Origin: Squalus acanthias | Lineage: Eukaryota | Direction of reading: 5' to 3' | Length of the DNA: 64,000 nt | Assembly: GCA_030390025.1 (NCBI GenBank) | Contig: JASTWF010000237.1 | Span: forward strand, 496,001 to 560,000 | Part shown: piece by piece, positions 13,200-25,867 of the stretch | Layout of the letters: each line of letters begins with the position of its first letter | Position numbering within the stretch: position 1 is the first letter of the stretch | Position numbers and translations under genes: made by a program | Notes under the pieces: generated by a model | The model's database searches: none | Told to the model about the DNA's origin: nothing | Seen by the model: only the letters and a program-made list of their open reading frames with translations

Positions 13200-15830
13200 A
13201 TACGAAAACGACAGACAGGAAAAGACCAACTGGTCCCTCTAGCCTGTCCCATATAATTATGATGCTTTAGTGCATCACGATATAGACGCTGCCTACCCAC
13301 CTGGAGGCATGTAATCTCCTGTGGGGGAAAAAACAGATAAAAACCCAGATCAATTAGGGGGAAAAAATCTGTAAAATTCCTCTCCGACCCCTTTAGGTGA
13401 TCAAAACTAGTGCAGGAGATCACACTGACCCTGACCTACATTACAATGTACCTACCTCTTGTACGAAGTGATCTCTTCCCCAGTCAGAAACCGGTCCAGC
13501 TCTCTTGAAGAAATACAGCGAATCAATGTTCACTGTACAAGCCGACAACCTGTTCCATTATTCTCTGGTAAAAGAAGAACCGCCAATCATCCAACCTAGT
13601 TCTGTCCTTGCATAACTTGGAAGCGTGACCCCCGGTATTCCCTAACCTATCCCATTGAAATAATTCGTCCATGTGAACACAATCTAGTTCCTTCATTATT
13701 TTATAAGAATAAGAGGAACAAAGAGAGAGAGTATGAGAATAGATTAGCGGTTAACATAAAAGGGAACTCAAAAATCTTTAATAAACACACAAATAGTAAA
13801 AGGGTAGTCAAAGGAAGGGTGGGGCTGATTAGGGACCGAAAAGGAGATTTTCTTGTGGAGGCAGAGGTACGAAATGAGTACTTTGCATCTGTCTTCACTA
13901 GAGAAGAGGATGCTGTCAATGTAGCAGTAAAGGAAGAAGCAGTAGTGATATTAGATAGGATAAAAATAAATAAAAGAGTATGTACTTAAAAGGTTGGCAG
14001 TCCTCAAAGTAGAAAAGTCACCTGGTCCGGATGGGATGGATCCTAGGTTGCTCAGAGAAGCGAGGGTGGAAATTGCGGAGGCTCTGGCCACAATCTTCTA
14101 ATCCTCCTTGGATATGGGGCGCCAGAGGACTGGAGGATTGCAAATGTTGCATCCCTTTTTTAAAAAGGGGACAGGGATAAACCCAACAACTACAGGCCAG
14201 TTAGCCTAATGTCAGTGGTGGGGAAACTTTGAGACAGTAATCCAGGACAAAATTATTTGGCATTTGGAAAAGTATGGGCTAATAAATGAAAGTCAGCACA
14301 GATTTGTTTAAGGCAAATCGTGTTTGACTAACTTGATCAAATTCTTTGATGAAGTAATGGAGAGGGTTGATGTGGGTAGTGCGGTTGATGCTGTGCAGAT
14401 GGACTTTCAAAAGGCTTTTGACATAGTACCACATAATAGACTTGTTAGCAAAATTAAAGCCCCTGGGATTATAAGGACAGTGGCAGCATGGATACAAAAT
14501 TGGCTAAGGGACAGAAAGCAGAGAGTAGTGGTGAACAGTTGTTTTTCAGACTGGAGTGAAGTATACAGTATTGTTCCCCAAGGGCCAGTATTGGGACCAC
14601 TGCTCTTTTCAATATATATTAATGACCTGGACTTGGGTATACAGGGCATAATTTCAAAGTTTACAGATGATATGAAACTCTGAAATGTAGTAAACAGTGA
14701 GGAGGAGAGTAACAGAATTCAGGAGGACGTAGACAGACTGGTAAAATGGGCGCACACATGGCAGATGAAGTGTTAAGTGATACATTTTGGTCGGAAGAAT
14801 GAGGAGAGGCAATATGAACTAAATGGTACAATTTTAAAGGGGGTGCAGGAACAGATAGACCTGGGGGTGTATGTACACAAATCTTGCCTCAGGCTTCAGC
14901 TGGAGTATTATGTCCAATTCTGGGCACCACACTTTAGGAAGGATGTCAAGACCTTAGAGGGGGTGCAGAAGAGATTTACTAGAATAGTACCAGGGATGAG
15001 AGACCTCAGTTATCTGGAGAAGCTGGGGTTATTCTCCTCTGAGCAGAGAAGGTTAAGAGGAGATCTGAAATAGATATTCAAAATCATGAATGGTTTTGAT
15101 AGAGTAAATAAGGAGAAACTGTTTCCAGTGGCAGAAGGGTCGGTAACCAGAGGACACAGATTTAAGGCGATTGGCAAAAGAACCAGAAGCGACATGAGGA
15201 AACTTTTTTTTTTACACAGCGAGTTGTTGTGATCTGGAATGCACTGCCTGAAAGGGTAGTGGAAGCAGATTCAATAGTAACATTCATAAGAGAATTGGAT
15301 AAATACTTGAAGGGAAAAAAAATTACAGGGTTATGGGGAAAGAGCAGGGGAGTGGCTTTAATTGGATAGCTCTTTCAAAGAACTGGCACAGGCACGATGG
15401 GCCAAATGGCCTCCTGTGCTGTATCATTCTATGAACTTGGATCAAATCTCCCCATGGTCTACACTTCTCTACATACCCAGCTCAGTGAGCTGGTGTTTTA
15501 CCTGTGACTCAATCAAGTTGCCCTCCTCTGCACCTTTTCCAAAGCCGCAATATCCCCCACCATCTGAGGAGACCAAAACTGGTATTCTAACTGAGGTCTA
15601 ATCAAGGTCTAATACAAGGACAAAATGGTAGGCTTTGTTTTGTAATGCATTTTCCTATGAATACAACCTAGAACCATGTTTGCTTCAGCTGTAGCTTCAC
15701 AGCATTGGTCATGAACCTTTAGAAAGTGATGCACCAGAACACCAAGATGTTTTTCTTTCATCACTGGCTTCAATTCTGTTCCCTGTAAGGTGTTTGTATA
15801 TTTAGCATTAGACCTGCCTGATTTAGTAAA
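13200..15830 (-). mobile_element. Older minus-strand CR1-type LINE (pieces ~13200-13703 and ~15432-15830), interrupted by a younger CR1
   Basis: Removing 13704-15431 rejoins ttcattattttat|gaacttggatcaaatctcccc, the reverse complement of an RGDLIQVxKI-type CR1 motif. Confidence 0.6.
13704..15431 (+). mobile_element. CR1 LINE ORF2 (RT), 5'-truncated, with stops and frameshifts
   Basis: Motifs TNLIKFFDEV, DFQKAFDIVPH, VPQGPVLGPLLF, FTDDMKL, VQFWAPHFRKD and RRLRGDL, followed by a CR1 3' tail ending tatcattctatg. Confidence 0.92.
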
Positions 15831-15940
15831 GTTGAATACATCTGTGAAACTTTCTAGCTGCAGCTATGGAGGAGCCCCTCTACAAAAAATTTAGATCAGG
15901 ATATAGGTGGGATAAGTGATTTGTTGTCATTCAGAGATTA

Positions 15941-16735
15941 AAGGGGGGTATTTTCCCAGGCCTCGGGAGGCGGGTATGGAGGCGGGACTGCTGGGAAAAT
16001 GGCAGAAACTGGGAGCGGGTACCGACCCCGCTCCCAACCCGCCTCCGTGCCATCTTCCCGGGAGGCGGGTCCCCGACTCGCACAGGGACCCGTCTCCTTG
16101 AGGCGGGAAGGGGATTAGAGCCAATTAACTGCCTGCTAACAGATAGTTAACGGGCAGTTTTGAGACTTATTCTCATTTTACGCCTGCAAGTGCGGGCTTC
16201 CCGACGACTGCGAACCTCGCCAGGGTCAGCAAGGCGAGCAGTGGGTCTGCGGGGGTGAGAGGGATTGAAAAGTCCGCTGTAGAGGGGAGTGATGGGTGCA
16301 AGCGTGGAGAGGTAAGTATAGGAGGTGAGTGTAAAGTGTTGGAAAAAGTTTCCTTACCTTTGCTTCTTCCTGCTGGCTTCAACCCTTGGGGATTCGGAGG
16401 TGCCTCATCTCAACGGCAGAGATGACAGAATGGCTGATGCATTTTCAGATGCAGCAGTCATCTGCTTTCTGCTGAGGAGAACGGTTCTGGTGAGTCTTCA
16501 GTGCAAGGGTTCACCTTAGAACAGAGATTGTCAGCTGACAATTTTTTTGACAGATGAAACGTCATACGCTGTCGTCCTCTGTCACTGGCTTTTCCTTAAT
16601 TGGCCAGTAAGCCCACAGGGCGGGCTTAACAAGGTCAATCAAGGGAAAATAGCGTGGGTTGGTCAGACGTTGCTGGGGGCGGGACTGAAACCCGACAACC
16701 AGCAGTCCCGTCCCCATTGACAAAATCCAGCCCCA
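15941..16735. mobile_element. GC-rich MITE-like element with internal inverted repeats
   Basis: Termini gggg..tattttc / aaaatccagcccc and internal gggagcgggt..acccgctccc hairpins. CpG-rich against an AT-rich background. Boundaries approximate. Confidence 0.5.
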
Positions 16736-19700
16736 AGTGTCTGACACATTTATGCAAATATAGGCAGAAAGTGCAAGTGTAAAGTTTTGTGGGATATTGC
16801 ACTGCACCAAATCGCTTGCTCGGACATAACTGTTTTTCAAAACACAGGGCTATGAGAGACATTAGTGGGGTGATGGTACATTGAAAGTGATTCTCACTAC
16901 TGTGACTGTCTCCTTTTACATAGAGTAGGAATCAGAAAAGGCTGGGCTTCTTCGGGTTTGTCCAATCCATTTCGGACCATGTTCAGAACCTGTATGGACC
17001 ATTTTTGTCACCCACCTGCTCTGCTGCCACGTCTGTACTCCCTGTTAAAGTAAATGGCGAGATTACAGATTTATCAGTGCTTCAACCCAACCATTATGCA
17101 ATTATTCTACATTAATTGATTTCCTGTTAATTACTGGCATTTTTTAATAACCAAATTATTGGTCCTCATTATGGATCTTGAAGTATGCATGTCACTAGTC
17201 TGTTGAACACTACAATATAGCCTGTTCAAAATCTTTACATCATTGCTAAAAATTGTTTTGTGTTTTATTTTGTTTCTGCACTTCAGTGTTACAATAAATG
17301 TGATGTAGAGCCTAAATTCAAATTGGGCAAACAATTTAGTTGTTTCATGTTAAACAGTCATAACAATCCTTTTCAAGTCAATTCTATAGAAACAAATTAT
17401 CTGACTGTGAGTTAAAGATTATTTCTATTTTGTTAATAACAGTTGACATTCAGCAAATCATTTTTGAATAAAAATAAAACATTTTAGACTTGGGCATTCA
17501 TGGCATATTCTCAGAAAAATGTTTTTGTTTGTGACTGTTCTATTAAAGCTGTTTTTCCCACATAGACACGACGAACATTCACATGTCTGTAGGCAAAGCT
17601 CCTCTGAGACTAACATCTTTTTTGGAGTTGGAATTGGAGGAGCCATTTCAGTACTCAGCATTCCCATTGGGCTTTGTTTGCATGCTTTTCAGCTAAATCA
17701 GATTGAGACCTATTTCTGTATTAGCAGATAGCAGAATAAACTGGCATAGGACCAAGCTTGAGAAATACCACTCCCCTGTGTGGGCTGTGGGTTAGACCCT
17801 GGGGTGAAAGATAACACAGACACTACAAATAATGCAGGAACTAAGATGAATAAAGCTACAATAAAATCAAGGAGGGTATTAATTATAAATGTGCTGTAAA
17901 TGATTAAGCAAATCTGAGGCGCATTAATGTGCTGTATTTAGTGAACTGGCGGGCAGAGAAGATAAATGAACTCTGAATGCAGAATGTGATGAAACAGTCA
18001 TTGCTTCATATTCTAATTATTTAATGGAAGGGTGTTTAAGGGAAAGCAAAACCAAATGTTGTTTTGTAATATGTGTCTTGTGAAAGCAGATCTCAAAATG
18101 TGGCCATAATTACTCTTATTTTTTTGTTTTTCTGTATAGTAATTCAGATTATTTCTCTGAATTTGATGCTACATACCTATGGAAAATATCAGTTAAACAT
18201 AGTTTCTTCTCCCCCTCTCCCCGCCCTGTCACTATTACCATTTCCAAGTGCATTTTTTCTGGAATAAGAATGGTAAGGTGATATTTTCCCCATAAATCAA
18301 GTCACAGTAAAAATGTGAATGTTTTATGCAACAGAAGCAAATTAATTCTGGAGTTAGCATTGTTTGTAAATTTAGGAATGGATTTCAGTTCTTGTACAGC
18401 CAAGTAGTTTGTAAAATGTTAATATGTTAATATCTGCATTTGCAGATGGCATGATATGATTGCCTGAGTGGCACAGAATACCGTGGGTGATCATTAATAT
18501 TTTGAAATCCCTGCAAACATAAAGGAAGTAGTTTAGATTATGTGGAATACATTGATTGCAATTTTTTTTAAAGATTTTTTTTAAATGTAAAGAAAACTAA
18601 TTGACAGTGTAAATGTAAAATTGGTGAAACATACTCTACAACACAGAGACCTTATTTATAAAGCAACAGAGTGAATAGTACATGAAGTTAAAAAGCCTGA
18701 TTAGACAAAGAACCAAATTAAGTATAAATCGTGGAAGGAACTTGGAGCTTTTAACTTTTTAAATGATTATTAGTTAGATAATTTCAAAAACTTATCTAAA
18801 GACATTAAATTCATAATTTAATAACTCCAAAAAAATAAAGCATGTAATCAGAAATCAAAACCTCTCCATCTGCTACTTGCTTGGTTTGTAATAGAAATCC
18901 ATGCAGCCAGTAACCTTCACTTTCTCCATTCTCTCTGTTGCTGCCTCAATATAAATGTGAGTGTCTCTTCATACTCACACTGTCATGTCAACTTTTAATA
19001 TTTTGAATTAAAAATTTCCAGATGATGGTTTAGCTAGTCTAATGTATCAACAACATTCTTTTAATACAAAATGGATGTGACTTCACCATACTGTTTAAAG
19101 CTGTGCACATTACATGCAGAGGACAGGGGAAAAATGCTAATTTTCCCAAATACAATCTACTTTTTGGGATAAATGTTGAATGTTTACTCTTCAGTAATTA
19201 CTGTTACACAGTACTACATTCACAAAGTACTGATTGCACAGTATCAATGCTTGATATGACTGGTCCACATTAATAAACATATTTGCTAAGTGGCAAGAAT
19301 TTTGAATGCTTGTTCTAGCAATTAGGTCTTTTGATTCCCAAATGACTACAGAAACACTTCTTGATTATAATTGCTCGTAGTCACGCATATCTAATTTGTG
19401 TCTTTTTAAGTGTTAATTAGTAAACATTTTTAGCTGACATCTCTATGTATTTGTATTTTGAAAAATGAGTCCTGTTTCTTGCGTAGCTTGAGGCTGAAGC
19501 TGTTAGCTGTGACATCATGAAGTAGGAGGTAAATTGATGAAGACATGCTTGTCAACCATAAAAAAGCAGGGAAATTAAGAATTTTTGATCATCTTTGCTT
19601 TCATTCTGTGCATATATTCTAATGTTTCTTCATTATTTTTTAACCAGCAGACATTGATGCATGGGTTTCGTGATGGGGCCTCTGCTTTGTGCAATCCATC

Positions 19701-20612
19701 ATGATAATTATACTTTTGTTTGTATTTTTGTAAGCAATTATCTGCTTTCTGAAGTAATGAGCATGCCCTGTGTTTGCCATGTGCTGTTAATGTTACTGTT
19801 AATTTACTCTTGAGAAAGTGGTGGTTCAGGCTTTACAATTTACAGGTTCAGAAAGTACAGTTTTTAAATGTTATCATTTAGAAGCATGGTCTTTCAGCAG
19901 CACCTAGTGTTTTGTTCTCGTACTGCAGCAGTGCAAGAAAGATGCTTAAGAATTGCTCAAAGTACCGTCTGCCTAATTTTTACAAAGTGCATTATACATG
20001 TACATTACCAATTTTTTTAAAAACCTCATAATCCACGAGCACTGTAAGCATAAGGTGGTTATAAAGCTCTTTCTAATGAGAGAAAAACACAGCAATAGTA
20101 TTGTTGGTACAATATACTGTATATTCTAGACAAATTAATTTCTCCTGGCTTGGTGTGCAGAACAGACATTAATTCATAATAGACTGCAGTGAATCATCAA
20201 GTCTAGAATAGCAAAATGAATTATGATGACAGAATAATACCCACCATTAACCTTCTTACTTTCATTACCTTTTTTTAAAAAAATAGAGAGGTTAAAACTT
20301 GTTAAAGATGTTTCGATATGCACTCTACTCATTTTCTCCATAAAACTAAACTCTAAATTAAAAAGTAAATAAAATTTAAAAAATTAAGAGTAGCCTCCTA
20401 CTTTTTTCCTATTCATTTCCCCAAGGCACACAGCAACAGATAATTAGCTATCTTAAGTGCAAGCGAGGATTCTTTTTAGATTAATGCTCCCTCAATTCTT
20501 CTTGACCAAGGATAATCAAGATCAGGCGCAAACACAATAGCCAAGGTCCAGTACAGATTGAAACTGCAGAGACACAGTATGCGTCATCGGGGAGTGTGAA
20601 AACACTTTGGGT

Positions 20613-20791
20613 GGGTCATTTTCACCTTCACCTTGGGCGGTAAACTGGCAAAGCGGTCATTCAGCTATTACAGGGCCCACCTGATATCCATTTCATTGAC
20701 TTCAGTGGAAATGATGATCAGGTGGGTTCTATAGCAGGTAAGCGATCTGCTTTGACAATTTACCACCGAAGTGGTAAAGGTGAAAATGGTC
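20613..20791. mobile_element. Small palindromic MITE with ~45-bp imperfect TIRs
   Basis: Left arm gggtcattttcaccttcaccttgggcggtaaactggcaaagcgg. The reverse complement of the right end reads ggaccattttcacctttaccacttcggtggtaaattgtcaaagcag. Confidence 0.65.
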
Positions 20792-21847
20792 CACTTAATT
20801 GCAGAATCTTTCCTCGGTGCAGATTCAAAATAGTAGAGGTGGCACAATAACAGGAAAAAGGGCATGCAAATAAAGAGAACAATTTAAAATCAATGCTTGC
20901 TGTTAAGATATTGCATATTAATAGTTCTGCTGCCAAGAGCACTGCTGGATGAGACTATACCTTTAACTCGATAATGTGAACTTGGTTGTTTTACATCATT
21001 TACCTCCCCATACCTTGGTGTAGACCCACTGGGAGAAAAATCATAGAGGGTGTCCCATTAAAGAACTTTGTTTCCTACAGCTCTGTGATCTTGTCTTCCC
21101 AGCTCCCACTTGGAAGAAGAAGTGTGCCACAAGTTATTTTTCTTTCTTCTTCAGCAGCAGTGTCATACTGTTGCTCCCAAACAGAAACCGCTCTTGTTCC
21201 GTGCTGTGACTTGGTTGGTTCTACATTATAGCCTCAAGATTTTCTTTTCAACTATGTCTTTCTGTGGAGTTGGTCAAAGAAGGCTTCAATATTTTTCAAA
21301 GAGTTTTCTTCTTTTGTCTCCAAGCATTGGTTGAACTGGAGCTTGCTCAGTGTGTGCCTGCAGTGAATGTGGCACAATGGGGCTTGGCTTTACTAGGAAC
21401 TGATGGTTACGAACAGCATCTTCATTCAGGCACAACTTTGAAAAGTCTGAAGCTTCTCTTGAGAAAGACTGGAGCACTAAGAAATGATCCCATAAAGCGA
21501 TTGCTTCACTCAGAGCATCACCTCTGCACATTGGGGACAAGCCTTTGGAATTAGGCACGCGGTTAAAATCTAAAAAGAAGCATGAGCACTACAGATCATA
21601 GGAGGATTCATCTAGCACAAGAGGAGGGCGTCACAGTTGATTGCAGGGACCAGTACTCTTCATAGAGCATTAGTCCTGGTGAGCTCCATGGCATCCCTTA
21701 TGGCTGAAAAGAAGCATTAGGCTCTCATGCAATCCAAGTCGTCTTGAATTTCACACCTAAGCCCATGATGCCAACAATAGCTGGTGCACCTTCGATACCA
21801 TGCAACCTTGAAATCATCTGTGGGGCAGGTGCAGCTGCTTCAAGCTC

Positions 21848-22137
21848 CCTCAGTGCAGTACTGAGGGTGCCATCTTTTGGATGGAATGTTAAACCAAGGC
21901 CCCATCTGTCCCCTCAGGCACTACTTGACGATGAGCAGGGAGTTCGCCCAGTGTCCTGGCCAACATTTATCCCTCAACCATTTTTTCATTGCTTTTTTCA
22001 GGACCTGGCTGTGTATAAATTGGCTACTGTTGCATTAGAACAGTGACTGCAGTTCAAAGAAAAAGTACTTCATCAGCCGTGCAACACTTTGGGACGTCCT
22101 GAGGTTGTGAACGGTGCGATACAAATGCGAATTCTTC
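21848..22137 (+). mobile_element. DeuSINE partial copy with internal deletions
   Basis: cagtgcagtactgaggg...ttaaaccaaggcccc...ctttgggacgtcctgagg. Confidence 0.7.
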
Positions 22138-22629
22138 TGAAAGATTCCTTAGACTAACATCTTGGACACAAAGGTGTCTGCTAGCGCACGTACCTCTGAA
22201 TAACTTGGTTGGGGGCGGGTGGGGGGGTAGGATAATGGGGAAATGACTGTTGCCATTACCAACAGGGTTACAGTTAGGTCCATGAACCATGAATGAGGTT
22301 TCCGTTTCAGTTGAAATATGTGATACAGAACTGCGCATAAAGGTAATCAGTGTTGTCTCAAAGTTTTGAGCAGAAATAATTTTTGTTACTGAAACTCTAT
22401 TTTCAGAACTAGAACTAGGAAGTAACTCTTTGAAAGTTCTTGATTGCAAACACTCCCCTCCACCAAATGCTTTGTTACTTTATCTGATCAGATCTCCTTT
22501 GCACAAAATATGACGACATCCACCTTTAGGTACGCTTTTATGATTTCTTTAAAACTTGTATCCTTTGCTTTTTTCAATAATGTGAGATTTTACATCCTTA
22601 GATCCTTTTCAACACTGATCTACAATCAG

Positions 22630-23330
22630 GAGTCATCTCGCTGACTCTTTCCCAAATTCCTTCCACTACTTGTACATTTTTTTCTGGCATGGTGACCACA
22701 ACTGGACACAATGTTACCTAGTACTTTATGAAATGTCAGTAACACCTCCCTGAATTTATATTCAAGGCACCTATTTATGTATTGAATATTATATTCACCT
22801 TTGCAACTGCTGTTGTACACTGGGATAGTTACTTTCAAAGTTAGGTCTACTAATACATATAAATGTTTTTTTTTTGTTTAATTCTAGTTAACAATTTAAT
22901 CTTCATTTCAGGATTTTTCCATTTTTAGTATCATTATGTACATATTATGTAGCATTTGTTGTATTCATTCCCAGTTATGTCTTACCCGAACTTGCTTAAT
23001 TTCATGCATCCCCACACTGATTGATTAGTATCATCTGCAAATTCAGATATTCTGTATTTAATTCTTTCATCAAAGTAATTTACAAATGAACAGCCAACAG
23101 AACTGGATACTTGTATTCAGTTGGTCACACCTGTCTAATTGGAGCTACCATTATTGATCACTTGCCTTTGTTTCCTATTATTTGCCCGATATACATTGCA
23201 TATTGTCCTAAGAGCACTTTAACCACAAGTATTTTCGGAGGCACTTTATTGTTTGTCTTCTGATAATCTACATGTATGATGTGCACCACATTTCCATAAT
23301 CCATTCTCAAAGAGTTCTAGTAAAATTGTT
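22630..23330 (-). mobile_element. Very old CR1 RT fragment
   Basis: tcatctgcaaatt (reverse complement of KFADD) and remnants of INRCLEYKFREVLLTF and VQLWSP. Confidence 0.5.
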
Positions 23331-24304
23331 AGGTGTGAGCTGCTGTTTATATGTCTTTTGTTGGCTTGTGATTATTGAATTATTCACATGACTTTGTCTT
23401 CCATTTATTAACCTACCTACCCTACCAATATTTCAGTCCGAATGTGAGATAATGGAGTTTTACTTCTTCTCCCTCCTCACTCTCAAAGAAAGGAAACTCT
23501 GAACAAAATATAAAAATAAATATCAAAACAATGTGCCTTTTGAACAAATGGAGATGAGGGAGTTGCCTAACTGTGGGGAGTTTAGATAGTGCAAGAAAAT
23601 AAGTCACATGTCGTGGCCTCATAATATTCCACTTAGTCTCGACTGCTGTTATGGGGATAGGTTTCCTCTGTGCACTTTGTGTAATGCCATTAATAAAGAA
23701 CAAGTTCACAATTTCATTGCACAGAGGAAACCTTCTCCCTCCACCCCCATTCCCTTTTGAGTCTTTCCTGTCTCTTGTGGGTCAGATTGGAGCAGTGGTT
23801 CCACTAAACTGATGTGTGTAGAAGGTTCAGATAGGTTTTTTTCCTGAGGATTTATACTCTAGCATAGTCTATTTCCAAGTGGAAACTGACAAGATAGTTT
23901 GTGGGATCCATTCTTCATTGTTAGTTACAGTAGTTGTCTTGATGGAATTTTCTTTACAGTGGCCACCTCATGGGCTTGCTTCAAAGGCACCTGTAAAGCT
24001 AGTATTTGAACACTTATTAAGTATTTAGTACTTTTTGTCTTCTTCCAGAGACTTATGGTTTGGCAGAACAATCTATCTTGACTGACATCGCCTCCTGAAT
24101 ATTCACTTAAAGCCAGATAGGATTGTTTCATTACTTGAAGTGCTGCTTTGGTATAGGTGGCTGTAGTATGTGAAGAAGTCTTAGAAAGTAGAGTAATCAT
24201 TATTCTCTGAAGATTGTCTGTACATATGCTACACTGGTTTTCTCCCTTTTCAAGCCTGCTTGACAGCCGAAATTAAGGAGTGTGGATATGAATATCAGCT
24301 AGTT

Positions 24305-25867
24305 CAGGGGTTCTCAACCTTTTTGCTTTCAAGGCCCCCCTCCCGTGTTATAAAAATTCTGCGGACCCCTGTAACACAACACAAGTTCTTTTTTGTATCT
24401 AAATTAATTAATAGTTCTATTACACCTTATGTAAAGAAGAATTTATTAAGTCTTAACATATGCAAAATACTGCAGATGCTGGAAATCTGAAATAAAAACA
24501 GAAAATGCTGGAAATACTCACCAGGTCAGGCAGCATCTGTGGAGAGAGAAACAGAGTTAACGTTTCAGGTCTGACGAAAGGTCATCAACCGGATTCGTTA
24601 ACTCTGTTTCTCCACAAATGCTGCCTGACCTGCTGTGTATATCCAACTTGTTCTGTTTTTATCCTAATTTTACATTATGTGCCCATTTGCTGCCCAAGGT
24701 TTGCTCCACCCCATCAACCATTTGCTTAACAGGAAATGAACCAGGAGCAACAAGCGCAGTGTTCACTACAGCCTCGTTTTGTGCACACTTGGTCGGACTG
24801 GACTAAAATTCCAGGTGCATGTCCTCCATTTCAGAAACCGAACCTCCCTCTCATTTCGATACCAAACTCCAACACAGCGGTGAAAGCCAGTGACTTGAAT
24901 TAACAGCACCAGTAATGACGGAGGCAGATGGCACATGAGAGAAATGGAGAAATAAAAAGGGCCCTGAGCAACTTTACCCACCCGACCTCATTGCCACACA
25001 CCCTTTAGGACAAAGGCACCCCCCCCCCCCCCCCCCCTCTTTCCTTCTCCCCAACCCTTTCACAAATAGCCGCCGGTATCTCCAAGGACACGAGTGCCCA
25101 GGCTCGGCCTATCCATCCGTCAGAGAAGCACTTGGCCATGAATATAAAGCTCCGAGTCTGAGGTACGAGGAAAATCGTGATGACGCCTTCGTCTATTTTA
25201 TTAACTCAGACTGAAGACATTGAAGGAGAGAGACACAATGGATCCTGATTATTACGGCCTTGCCGTAGGCCCAGGGACTGGAAAGTCTCTTTCTTCCTTT
25301 ACCGCCCCCCCCCCCCCCCCCCCCACCCCACCCAAGGTCACGTGGCGTGTGTGCACTCTCTCCATTGACGGCACTCTTTTTAAAAGCGCAAGCGGCTTCC
25401 AACCGACAGGGCAGCTTTGCACGAGGGGAAAGGAAAATGTTGAAAGAAAGGCTCGCGCTACCTCGGCGCTCTCAACACCGGACTAACTTGCGGATTTCCC
25501 CCCCCACCCCCCAACTCCAGTTTTACTCCCCCGGAAGAAAAGTTGTAACTCCAACTATTTTATTTAATAGTTAAAAGCGGTGAGTGGTTTATGAACGTGG
25601 AAGCAAATAGGACTGGATCAACAAAAAAAATTACCAAGATAAATACTGCTGTAAAAGTCAGTGACATGCAAAGGGACTTGTCTAAGCTTATAAATGGTGT
25701 CCAACAGAATTGACTGCGCATGCACAGTCTTTGAGACGAGTGGATAGTCTCAGTGATGCAATGTACATAATTCAATAAAACGGCATAAACATCAATAGTC
25801 TCCCCTATATATTGATGGGACAAACCAACTGGTGGACCCCCTGAAATCCCCGGTTGAGAAACCCCTG
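24305..25867. mobile_element. hAT (Charlie-type) non-autonomous DNA transposon, ~1.56 kb
   Basis: TIRs CAGGGGTTCTCAACC / GGTTGAGAAACCCCTG. 8-bp TSD AGCTAGTT (24297-24304) / AGCTAGGT (25868-25875). Confidence 0.85.
24462..24665. mobile_element. Penelope-like terminal repeat in inverted (fold-back) arrangement, nested in the hAT element
   Basis: gcaaaatactgcagatgctggaaatctg...cagagttaacgtttcaggtc followed by its reverse complement. Degenerate CTGACGA...hammerhead core at 24571-24600. Confidence 0.7.

Noticed and set aside
21160-21560. Possible coding exon or retroelement relic
   Set aside because: Stops in all frames and no motif I could assign with confidence.
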